Assembly: GCA_963667145.1 (NCBI GenBank)
Contig: OY762943.1
Location: 337,459 to 401,458 of the forward strand
Direction of reading: 5' to 3'
From: Candidatus Cloacimonadota bacterium
GTDB lineage: Bacteria; Cloacimonadota; Cloacimonadia; G963667145
DNA length: 64,000 bases
The notes beneath the pieces are model-generated. The model saw nothing but the letters and a program-made list of their open reading frames with translations. It was not told where the DNA came from and searched no databases. Every line of letters begins with the position of its first letter. The stretch's first letter is position 1. The position numbers and the translations under genes were made by a program. Shown here in pieces: positions 49,948 through 58,124 of the stretch.

Positions 49948-49980
49948 AAAAAAATGGCACACCTTCAATAAAAGTGTGCC
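49948..49980 (-). terminator. intrinsic terminator of the lectin/LRR gene
   Basis: Minus-strand reading: GGCACAC-TTTTATTGAA-GGTGTGCC followed by ATTTTTTT, about 25 nt after the stop codon. Confidence 0.7.
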
Positions 49981-50002
49981 TTAAAAACAAGTATTATATA
50001 AT

Positions 50003-53000
50003 TTAATTAGTATTATAAATTCTACAACTTGGAAAAATTGCTTTAATACGAGCAACTTCTTCTGAGCTTATTTGATTATTATAACAATATAACCAAGTCA
50101 AATTAGTACATTTTTCTAATCCTACTAAGCTGGTGAGTTTATTATAAGAACAAGATAAAGTATTCAAATTAGTACATTTTTCTAATCCTACTAAGCTGGT
50201 GAGTTGATTATTATAACAATATAAAGTATTCAAATTAGTACATTTTTCTAATCCTACTAAGCTGGTGAGTTGATTATTATAACAATATAAAGTATTCAAA
50301 TTAGTACAATTTTCTAATCCTGTTAGGCTGGTAAGTTGATTAGCATTACAATCTAACACCCTTAATTTAGTACAATTCTCTAATTTTTCTAAACTTGTAA
50401 GCCGGTTATCTGAGCACTGTAAAAAATCTAGTATAGTACAATTATCTAATCCTTTTAAATTTGTAAGCTGGTTAGAATAACAATATAAGAAGCGCAAAAA
50501 CGTACAATTTTCTATTCCTTCTAAACTCGTTATTTGGTTGTCATGGCATTTTAAAAACCGCAAATTAGTACAATTTTCTAATCCTGTTAGGCTGGTGAGT
50601 TGATTCCTATAACACTCTAACTTATTCAAATTAGTACAATTTTCTAAAGCTGTTAGGTTGGTGAGTTGATTACCATCACAATATAAACTATACAAATTAG
50701 TACAATTTTCTAATTCTGTTAGGCTAGTGAGTTGATTACTATAACAAGCTAAATAAGTCAAATTAGTACAATTTTCTAATCCTGTTAGGATAGTGAGTTG
50801 ATTATGAGAACAATCTAACTCAGACAATTTAGTACAATTTTCTATCCCTGTTAGGCTAGTGAGTTGATTATTATGACACCATAAAGTAGTCAAATTTGTT
50901 AAATTTTCTATCCCTGATAGACTGGTGAGTTGATTATTATTACCACAATGTAAATAAGTCAAATTTGTTAAATTTTCTATCCCTGATAGGCTGGTGAGTT
51001 GATTATTATGACACCATAAAGTAGTCAAATTTGTTAAATTTTCTAATCCTACTAAGCTGGTGAGTTTATTATTATAGCACCATATAGAAGTCAAATTTGT
51101 TAAATGTTTAAGTCCAGAAAGATTGCTTAAACTAAAGTCACCTAAAGAAATCTCTTTTCTATTGAAAATTTCTTTTATTTTTTCATCACTTGGCTTGTTA
51201 GTATTTTTTGACAACCATAATACTTTATATTTAAAAGCTCTTTTCCATTGGTCTTCCAAGCTATCCCACCAATTACTTCTTCTTTGCACACCTAAGTCTC
51301 CATCCACCAAATGCCACTCTGCTCCGTGAAAGTTAGTATTGGTATCGATATCTTTTTCACTATTCCACTCACAAATAAAAGGTAGTTTTCCATTTCCACC
51401 GTCGTTCCAAGTGCCATCAGAATAGAAAAAGGCATAATCTTCGTCTCCACCATAGTTATTTGGTTCGCCCTTGCTCCAGTTGGCATAGTAGCGGTCTTCT
51501 CCGCTTGCCCATTTCCAAGTACCTTCTGTCTCAGTATCACTGGCTCCCATCCAGCATAGAGGACTGCCATTAGGAACTAAGACATCTTTATAAATAGTAT
51601 TTTGTTCTTCTTGAGAGCTTACGCTTACCAAATATCCACCAATTTTTTCGCAATAGGCTTTAGCTTCTTCCCAAGTCATTTCTGTTGAAAAATATTTATA
51701 AATATGTTTTGTTGGCTCTTTTATATCATCTTTACTATTCCATTCGCAAATAAAGGGCAATATTCCCATGCCTCCGTCATTCCAAGAACCGTTGGAATAT
51801 AATAACATAAAGTTTTCGCCATCGCCACTATTGTTTGGCTCACCAAAATTCCAATTACTATACTTCCATTTCTCTCCACTTACCCATTGCCAATCATCTT
51901 CTTTTTTGTAGTCGTTTGCTCCACCCCAACATTCAGGGCTACCATTGGAAACCATTACATTTTGATAGATATATTCTTGTTCCACCTGAGAAGTTATACT
52001 TGCCAAATATCCGCCTCTGCTTTCGCAATAGCTTTTGGCAGCTGCCCATGTCATCGGCTCTGAGATATATTTATACACATGCCCTTCAGGATTAAGCTTT
52101 ACCTCTGCCTGACTATTCCACTCACAGATAAAAGGCAAATTCTTTTCGGCTACATCATTCCAAGAACCATCGGGATAAAAAGATACATAGTTTTCAATTC
52201 CTGCACTATTACTCGGCTCACCCCTGCTCCAATTGCTGTAATAGCAATCTTCTCCACTTGTCCATTTCCAATTGTTTTCTTTCTCTTCGTCAGATGCTCC
52301 AAGCCAGCACTCTGGAGTACCGTTAGGAATAAGGTAGTTATTATAGATTTTATATTGCTCTTCACTGCTATTTACACTTACCAAATATCCGCCTATTCTT
52401 TCGCAATAAGCCTTAGCTTCAGCCCAAGTCATTTTTTCTGAAATATATTTGTAAACATGGTCAGTGTATTCTTTAATATCATCTTTACTATTCCATTCAC
52501 AAACGAAAGGTAAAAGCCCATAAGCTCCGTCGCTCCAAGTATTGCCCGAGTTAAAAAACATAAAATCTTGATTATTGCTATTGTCAGGCTCACCTTTCAT
52601 CCATTTTTCATATTCCCATTTTTCTCCGCTTACCCATTGCCAATGATTTTCATTTTTGTAATCACTTGCTCCGCCCCAACACAGAGGAGATCCATTGGGA
52701 ACTAAATAATTTTCAAAGATATATTCTTGTTCTATTTGAGTAGTTACACTAACCAAATATCCGCCTCTGCTTTCGCAATAAGTTTTGGCGGCTGCCCAAG
52801 TCATGGCTTTCGGGATATATTCATATACATGTCCGGTTGGATTGAGAATGTCTTCTTTACTATTCCACTCACAAATAAATGGCAGTCTTCCCTTGCCTCC
52901 GTCGTTCCAAGAACCGTCAGAATAGAAAAAAGCATAATCTTCGTCTCCGCCATAGTTATTAGGTTCGTTTTTGCTCCAATTGGAGTAGTAAAAACCTTCG

Positions 53001-54109
53001 CCGTTTGCCCATTTCCAATCTCCTTCCTTTTCTCCGTCACTTGCACCCATCCAGCAATTTGGATTGCCATTAGGTGCTAAAACATTGGTATAGACAAGAT
53101 TTTGTTCTTCTTGAGAAGTCACACTTACCAAATATCCACCTACGCTTTCACAATAGGCTTTAGCTTCTTCCCAAGTCATTTTTGTTGGAATATATTTGTA
53201 AATATGCTCTGTTGCTTCTTTAATATCTGCTTCTTTGTTCCACTCGCAAACAAATGGCAAAAGTCCATATCCTCCATCGCTCCAAGTATTGCCCGAGTTA
53301 AAAAACATAAAATCTTGACCACCGCTATTATCAGGTTCACCCGGATACCACTTAGTATAATCCCACTTTTCTCCACTTACCCATTCCCATTTGTCTTCTT
53401 TTTTGTAGTCGCTTGCTCCACCCCAACTTAGAGGGGTGCCGTTGGGAGCCAAATAATTGTGATATATATATTCTTGCTCTGTTTGAGAAGTCACACAAGC
53501 CAAATATCCGCCCATTCTTTCGCAATATGTTTTGGCGGCTGCCCAAGTCATGGCTTTGGAAATATATTTATAAACATGTTTTGCAGATTCTTTTATGTCA
53601 GCTTCGCTATTCCATTCGCATATAAAGTAAAACCTTCCCGCATTGCCATCGCCATCAAACCATTTGCCATTGGGAAGTGTAGCCAAATGGTCTTCATCGC
53701 CTGTACCTCCGCCATTGTTAGGTTCACCATCTGCCCAGTTAGTATAAGAGTCCAACTTTGTTCCATCTAACCATTCCCAAATAGCATCATTGTTGGTGTT
53801 AATTCCACCTATCCAACATGCAGGGCTACCACCTGGAACAATTACACTGTCATAAATATAATTTTGTTCTTCTTGGGAGTTTATACAAGCTAAATATCCA
53901 CCCATGCTTTCACAATAAGCTTTAGCTTCCTCCCATGATAGTGGCAGTTTTACCAGCTTATATACATGGGGATTCTGTGCAGTGGTTGATAATTGTACAT
54001 CATTCGATGTAGCGTCAGGTTTTGCGTGTTCTGTGGTTGGCAATGAGCAGGCATAGAAAATAATTACTGCAACTAACACGACTAATACGTTGAATAACTG
54101 TTTTTTCAT
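50003..54109 (-). CDS. giant secreted/lipoprotein-like protein with 7 tandem C-type lectin (CTLD/CRD) domains and about 19 C-terminal leucine-rich repeats
   Basis: Signal peptide MKKQLFNVLVVLVAVIIFYAC. Seven repeats of about 125 aa with the canonical CTLD pattern W.EAK.YCE..GGYL....S..EQ.YI...CW.G..D......W.W..GE...Y.NW..GEP(N/D/S)N......F......WND.....LPFICEW. Then 22-aa LRRs (NQLTSLxGLENCTNLxxLxCxx). SD AAGGAGG lies 8 nt upstream of the ATG. Confidence 0.85.
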   Translation of the reverse strand: MKKQLFNVLVVLVAVIIFYACSLPTTEHAKPDATSNDVQLSTTAQNPHVYKLVKLPLSWEEAKAYCESMGGYLACINSQEEQNYIYDSVIVPGGSPACWIGGINTNNDAIWEWLDGTKLDSYTNWADGEPNNGGGTGDEDHLATLPNGKWFDGDGNAGRFYFICEWNSEADIKESAKHVYKYISKAMTWAAAKTYCERMGGYLACVTSQTEQEYIYHNYLAPNGTPLSWGGASDYKKEDKWEWVSGEKWDYTKWYPGEPDNSGGQDFMFFNSGNTWSDGGYGLLPFVCEWNKEADIKEATEHIYKYIPTKMTWEEAKAYCESVGGYLVSVTSQEEQNLVYTNVLAPNGNPNCWMGASDGEKEGDWKWANGEGFYYSNWSKNEPNNYGGDEDYAFFYSDGSWNDGGKGRLPFICEWNSKEDILNPTGHVYEYIPKAMTWAAAKTYCESRGGYLVSVTTQIEQEYIFENYLVPNGSPLCWGGASDYKNENHWQWVSGEKWEYEKWMKGEPDNSNNQDFMFFNSGNTWSDGAYGLLPFVCEWNSKDDIKEYTDHVYKYISEKMTWAEAKAYCERIGGYLVSVNSSEEQYKIYNNYLIPNGTPECWLGASDEEKENNWKWTSGEDCYYSNWSRGEPSNSAGIENYVSFYPDGSWNDVAEKNLPFICEWNSQAEVKLNPEGHVYKYISEPMTWAAAKSYCESRGGYLASITSQVEQEYIYQNVMVSNGSPECWGGANDYKKEDDWQWVSGEKWKYSNWNFGEPNNSGDGENFMLLYSNGSWNDGGMGILPFICEWNSKDDIKEPTKHIYKYFSTEMTWEEAKAYCEKIGGYLVSVSSQEEQNTIYKDVLVPNGSPLCWMGASDTETEGTWKWASGEDRYYANWSKGEPNNYGGDEDYAFFYSDGTWNDGGNGKLPFICEWNSEKDIDTNTNFHGAEWHLVDGDLGVQRRSNWWDSLEDQWKRAFKYKVLWLSKNTNKPSDEKIKEIFNRKEISLGDFSLSNLSGLKHLTNLTSIWCYNNKLTSLVGLENLTNLTTLWCHNNQLTSLSGIENLTNLTYLHCGNNNQLTSLSGIENLTNLTTLWCHNNQLTSLTGIENCTKLSELDCSHNQLTILTGLENCTNLTYLACYSNQLTSLTELENCTNLYSLYCDGNQLTNLTALENCTNLNKLECYRNQLTSLTGLENCTNLRFLKCHDNQITSLEGIENCTFLRFLYCYSNQLTNLKGLDNCTILDFLQCSDNRLTSLEKLENCTKLRVLDCNANQLTSLTGLENCTNLNTLYCYNNQLTSLVGLEKCTNLNTLYCYNNQLTSLVGLEKCTNLNTLSCSYNKLTSLVGLEKCTNLTWLYCYNNQISSEEVARIKAIFPSCRIYNTN
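50130..50393. repeat. near-identical 66-bp tandem repeats inside the LRR-coding region
   Basis: Units start at 50130, 50196, 50262 and 50328 (CTGGTGAGTTGATTATTATAACAATATAAAGTATTCAAATTAGTACATTTTTCTAATCCTACTAAG), with 0-4 mismatches between neighbours. Further, more diverged copies run to about 51100. Confidence 0.85.
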
Positions 54110-54224
54110 TTATTCTTCCTCCTTGTTTTTAATTTCTAAACACAAAAAAAAGACCGCCCAACCGCATTGAACTGTCTCTCAAACTACATAAATTTTGTTG
54201 ACCTGTTAAACCACAGGCATCTTT

Positions 54225-54260
54225 GACTGACTGACTGACTGACTGACTGACTGACTGACT
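54225..54260. repeat. (GACT)9 tetranucleotide microsatellite in the lectin gene upstream region
   Basis: Nine perfect GACT units (AGTC on the coding strand), 116-151 nt upstream of the start codon at 54109. TTGACA-like hexamers lie just distal to it on the coding strand. Confidence 0.95.
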
Positions 54261-54413
54261 ATTCTATTCATTTTCATAAGCCTTAAGAATATGAAGTCAA
54301 ACAGATGTCAAATACTTTTTATGCTTCTAAGCACAATGCCGTCTCTCTATATTCTCATCCTCGCGAAAGCGGGGAACCATTCTCCTTTTCGTGCTATCCT
54401 TACTAAACCAACT

Positions 54414-54440
54414 GGATGCCCGTTTACACGGGCATGAGGA
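54414..54440. repeat. repeat module A4 (GGATGCCCGTTTACACGGGCATGAGG)
   Basis: Same palindrome-plus-ATGAGG architecture as A1-A3, with compensatory changes in the stem (TCCCG/CGGGA becomes GCCCG/CGGGC). Confidence 0.65.
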
Positions 54441-54493
54441 TTAGAAAAACAGGAAGCACAAGCACTCCTCATTCTCGCGGAAGCAGGGATTTA

Positions 54494-54590
54494 CAAGCCC
54501 AAAAAGTGCTTCGCTTGGGGTGGCTACAAATCCATCAAGTTGAGCCTCGTAAAAATAGAAAACGACTGAAGTCAATTGTTGTGCGTCTGA
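54494..54590. repeat. repeat modules X'(3' end of X)+Y2
   Basis: CAAGCCCAAAAAGTGCTTCGCTTGGGGTGGC|TACAAATCCATCAAGTTGAGCCTCGTAAAAATAGAAAACGACTGAAGTCAATTGTTGTGCG matches 49110..49215. Confidence 0.75.
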
Positions 54591-54633
54591 CCACTAAAAT
54601 AAAGCTAATCTTTGAGACTATATTTTAGTGGTC
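54589..54633. repeat. perfect 13-bp inverted repeat hairpin
   Basis: GACCACTAAAATA-(19-nt loop)-TATTTTAGTGGTC. No adjacent U-tract on either strand. Confidence 0.8.
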
Positions 54634-54649
54634 AGATGAATTTACCTTT

Positions 54650-54684
54650 GGTTCTTTCGCTTTGGTCACACAAAGGGAAAGAAC
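54650..54684. repeat. hairpin module Z2 (identical to Z1)
   Basis: GGTTCTTTCGCTTTGGTCACACAAAGGGAAAGAAC, identical to 49327..49361. Confidence 0.75.
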
Positions 54685-54722
54685 ATAAAAGTGAATTACC
54701 TCTTTTGTGAGAAGGAGTTTAT

Positions 54723-54965
54723 GCTCATTTTTTTGCCGGGAAAAAACGAACCAAAAAACCTCCTTTTGTCATAAAATCGCTAAAACAGTGACGTGAGATG
54801 AAATAATGCTAACCATGAATAGAAACATCTCCGAGTAAATGACTATCACCTGCTTCCCACAATCCACTTTTACACTTTCTCAATTATGCCACTGCCGTTT
54901 TACTAAATTATGACAAAAGTCATGCCCAACCTTCCCAAAGTGTGCTTCGCTTAGGGTAGGGTGGC
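54723..54965. repeat. repeat module X2 (full-length copy of X1)
   Basis: TCATTTTTTTGCCGGGAAAAAACGAACCAAAAAACCTCCTTTTGTCATAAAATCGCTAAAACAG...AAAGTGTGCTTCGCTTAGGGTAGGGTGGC. Aligns end-to-end with 48912..49153. The first 70 nt are about 97% identical and the rest about 70%. Confidence 0.75.
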
Positions 54966-55175
54966 ATTCTTCCGACACAACAAAAGCATAAACATAAACC
55001 AATCTCCCAAAGACATGTAAAATCAGAAATAACAAATTATAAAGATAGTCGTACATCGGAAACGACCCACACTTACTTCTCACAGGTTTCGCGAAGCTGT
55101 TTATGCTATTTGTGGCGAAGAAAACCTTTCTCTTGGTTACTTCTATTTCGGTTACGAAAGAGAAGTGACACCTAA

Positions 55176-56348
55176 TCACATCAAATAAACTCTCTGCACC
55201 GAACCAATAGCCAATTTATCCTCATCTATTCTTATCTCCACCAAACCTTCAATTTCATTCAACGACAACAGATGACCAGAATTAACAAAATTACAGACCT
55301 CAACTTTTCCGTTAATTATTCTAACAGGTCTGTACTCTTGCCTGTCCAAGTCTTTCGTACGCACAAACTCCTTCCCCATGGGCAAATTCAAGACTGAAGG
55401 ATTCGAGGGCAAACCAAGAAGTCGTTTAATCAATTGGGAGACAAACAGATGAAAAACCACAAAACTGGAAACCTGATTGCCAGGCAAAGCAAAATAAGGT
55501 TTCCCACAGACTTCAGAAAAAAAAGTGGGTTTCCCCGGCTTAAACTTCATCTTTTGGAAAATGAATTTTGCCCCCAATTCCTGCAAAGCTCTGGGGATAT
55601 AATCGAAATCGCCCATGGAAGCACCACCCGAAGAAAGCACCAAATCACATTCGGAAACCGCTTGTTTGATGGCGTCGACAGTTGCAGGCAAATCATCACT
55701 AACCAACCTATATTCCACAGGAATAGCACCCAATTCTCGCACCTGAGCCGCCAACATCGGACTGTTGCTGTCAAATTTTTTGCCAATTGCCAAATCACCG
55801 AAATCTTCCACCAACTCATCACCAGTCACCAAAATCCCAACTCTTGGCTTCTTATAAACCTTTATCTCCCTCTTGCCCACAGAAGCCAAAATCCCGATAG
55901 TCTGAGAAGCAACTTTCTGACCAGCATGCAAAATTCTCTCGCCCTTGCTGACGTATTCGCCTTGATAGCAAATGTTGTTCCCCACAGCACCAGTGATTTT
56001 CAGCCGATTGCTTTCCACTTCAGCATCTTCCACAGGCACCACCATATCGAACTCTTTGGGAACTACCGCTCCAGTCATTATCTTGATGCATTCACCTTCG
56101 GAATACTTTCGTCCTAAGTCCTCTCCTGCTTTTTGCACAGCCACCACCTCAGGCAAAACATCACTGCTTCTGTAAGCGTAGCCATCTTTCAAAGCCTTGT
56201 CATAAGCAGGCTGATCGAACGGCGATGTTACATCTTCAGCCAAAGTTCTACCCAAACCCTCAGCCAGTGGAACAATCTCATGCGACAACGACGATAATTC
56301 GTACTCATCTATCAACTTGAAAGCCAAATCAGGTTCAATAAACTTCAT
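55176..56348 (-). CDS. moeA: molybdopterin molybdotransferase
   Basis: MoeA/gephyrin-E architecture, with the GGASMGDFDY and PGKP regions. Confidence 0.85.
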   Translation of the reverse strand: MKFIEPDLAFKLIDEYELSSLSHEIVPLAEGLGRTLAEDVTSPFDQPAYDKALKDGYAYRSSDVLPEVVAVQKAGEDLGRKYSEGECIKIMTGAVVPKEFDMVVPVEDAEVESNRLKITGAVGNNICYQGEYVSKGERILHAGQKVASQTIGILASVGKREIKVYKKPRVGILVTGDELVEDFGDLAIGKKFDSNSPMLAAQVRELGAIPVEYRLVSDDLPATVDAIKQAVSECDLVLSSGGASMGDFDYIPRALQELGAKFIFQKMKFKPGKPTFFSEVCGKPYFALPGNQVSSFVVFHLFVSQLIKRLLGLPSNPSVLNLPMGKEFVRTKDLDRQEYRPVRIINGKVEVCNFVNSGHLLSLNEIEGLVEIRIDEDKLAIGSVQRVYLM

Positions 56349-56458
56349 AAAATAAACTCCTTAACCTCAAAATTTTCAAAATATTAAGTCAATCTCAACT
56401 CTCATCAGCAAGATGCCAAGAAGAAAATTAATCTTTAAAAAAAATTGACAAGGGGACG

Positions 56459-56866
56459 ATGTTTTTTTACGAAAATGTCGAGTGTATTATGAATTTTGAA
56501 AACGAATTGGAAATAAAATTATTTTTATTAGATAACGAAGGCAAACGTTTTATGGGCATCGGCATCGTGTGGTTGCTACGAGCTGTAATCGAACACAAAT
56601 CTCTGAAACAAGCCGCCGAAAGCATGAATCTGTCCTATTCTAAAGCCAACAAAATGGTGCGTCGCGTGGAATCTGTCACGGGAAAAAAACTGCTTTTCGC
56701 CAGCAAAGGCGGTATAGAACGTGGAGGCAGTACGCTCACTCCGTTTGCCTTGAAATACATCAAAACCTACGAAAAGATGAGCAAATCTATAAAAGAAAAT
56801 TCCCAAAAATATCTTCAAGAATTTCAAAACGAAATGAGAAAATATAGCAACAAAATCTGTAAATAG
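56459..56866 (+). CDS. ModE N-terminal-domain-like winged-helix regulator (no TOBE domains)
   Basis: SLKQAAESMNLSYSKANKMVRRVESVTGKKLLFASKGGIERGGSTLT aligns with the ModE/LysR-type HTH region (GIS...A..........G..L..R..GG..GGG..LT). Divergent from moeA. The true start may be M11 (MNFENE..., 56489). Confidence 0.55.
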   Translation: MFFYENVECIMNFENELEIKLFLLDNEGKRFMGIGIVWLLRAVIEHKSLKQAAESMNLSYSKANKMVRRVESVTGKKLLFASKGGIERGGSTLTPFALKYIKTYEKMSKSIKENSQKYLQEFQNEMRKYSNKICK

Positions 56867-56875
56867 AAGTTACTT

Positions 56876-58123
56876 CTAAGTTGCCTTGAGACTTTTCCCT
56901 ATCTCTTTCAACGCCTTGATTCTGTCCAACACAGGCGGATGAGAATAGCTGATGAAAACCCTCAGTGGAGATGGCGTCAAGTTGCTCAAATTACTCGATG
57001 ATAAAACCTTTAGAGCAGAAATCAAACTTTCTCCACCGTCAGTCGTCTTAGCACTAAATTCGTCCGCTTCATATTCGTGTTTGCGAGAAAAATGAGCCGA
57101 AAAAACATCAATAATCGTGGACACTGGAGTAAAAATAAGGCTGAACAAAATCATCCCAATGTAAGTGCTATTCGCATTCACTCCGAAGTCAGCATAAAGA
57201 TTGGCGTTATTCACAAAAAATGAGAACAAAAACAGCATGAAGCCTGTAGTCAAAAAGCCTGTGATAAGCCCTTTCTTCACATGCCCTTTCACACAATGTC
57301 CAACCTCGTGAGCCAACACAGCCACTATCTCAGGAGTTTTCATTTTTTCTATCAGCGTGTCGTATAGGGCTATTCTCTTCGTCTTCCCAAATCCCGTGAA
57401 AAAGGCGTTCGCTTTAGTAGAACGCTTCGATCCATCAATGGAGAACAAGCCCGAAATTTTGAACTTTTGCTTTTGCATATAGTCGGAAATCGCCTCTTTC
57501 AGTTCTCCATCTGCCAAAGGAACAAATTTGTTGAACAGAGGCAAAATCACCACTGGAGCAACGAAACTCAAAAATAGCCCCAAAACTATTATCGCAATCC
57601 AAGTGTAAATCCATGCCATATTGCCAAACACATTGAAAATATAAACAATTAGCGAAAAAATAAAACAGACCAAAATCAAAGAAATAGCCACTCCTTTAAT
57701 CTTGTCCAAAACAAAAGTCCCAGCAGAAGTTTTGTTGAAACCGAATTTGGCTTCCAAAACAAACGTGAAGTAAATGTCGAAAGGCAGACTGAAAATGCTC
57801 AAAATAACAATCACAATCCCAATAAACACAGAACCTGAGGCAACACTGCCAAATCCAACACTTTTGACAAAATTGTCCAAATGAGAAAAACCATCAAGAG
57901 AGAGAAAACCCAAATAAAAAAGCAAAGTTATACTGCTTTTACAAATTCCGAACCTGGTTTGAGACTTGGTATATTGCTGACTTTTAGTATATTTTTGCTC
58001 ATCAAATACATCGGAAAACTCCTCAGGCATCGGCTTATCAAGGCACTTCAGAGTGGAAATATCGCAAATTAAATCCAAGAGGAAATCTGCAATCAGGAGA
58101 ATTATAACTAAGCTAAAATACAT
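56876..58123 (-). CDS. M48 family zinc metalloprotease (Ste24/HtpX-like), membrane-embedded
   Basis: Multiple TM helices. HExxH motif within VLAHEVGHCVKGH and a downstream Glu ligand region (EYEADEFS). Confidence 0.75.
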   Translation of the reverse strand: MYFSLVIILLIADFLLDLICDISTLKCLDKPMPEEFSDVFDEQKYTKSQQYTKSQTRFGICKSSITLLFYLGFLSLDGFSHLDNFVKSVGFGSVASGSVFIGIVIVILSIFSLPFDIYFTFVLEAKFGFNKTSAGTFVLDKIKGVAISLILVCFIFSLIVYIFNVFGNMAWIYTWIAIIVLGLFLSFVAPVVILPLFNKFVPLADGELKEAISDYMQKQKFKISGLFSIDGSKRSTKANAFFTGFGKTKRIALYDTLIEKMKTPEIVAVLAHEVGHCVKGHVKKGLITGFLTTGFMLFLFSFFVNNANLYADFGVNANSTYIGMILFSLIFTPVSTIIDVFSAHFSRKHEYEADEFSAKTTDGGESLISALKVLSSSNLSNLTPSPLRVFISYSHPPVLDRIKALKEIGKSLKAT

Positions 58124-58124
58124 C

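Noticed and set aside
49617-49949. 110-aa and other 60-100-aa ORFs inside the GC-rich flanks (also 48786-49001, 54416-54628, 54880-55179)
   Set aside because: Arg/Ser/Pro-rich, no RBS, and they overlap repeat modules and hairpins. Most likely non-coding.
54110-54440. Invertible-promoter (fim/cps-type) switch for the lectin gene
   Set aside because: No flanking inverted repeats bracketing the promoter and no site-specific recombinase nearby. The SSR mechanism is better supported.
48575-55175. Diversity-generating retroelement (DGR) targeting the C-type-lectin gene
   Set aside because: DGR variable regions sit in FGE-type CLec folds next to a template repeat and a reverse transcriptase. No RT or Avd ORF is present, no TR/VR pair with adenine-specific mismatches was seen, and the CTLDs here are of the canonical animal CRD type.
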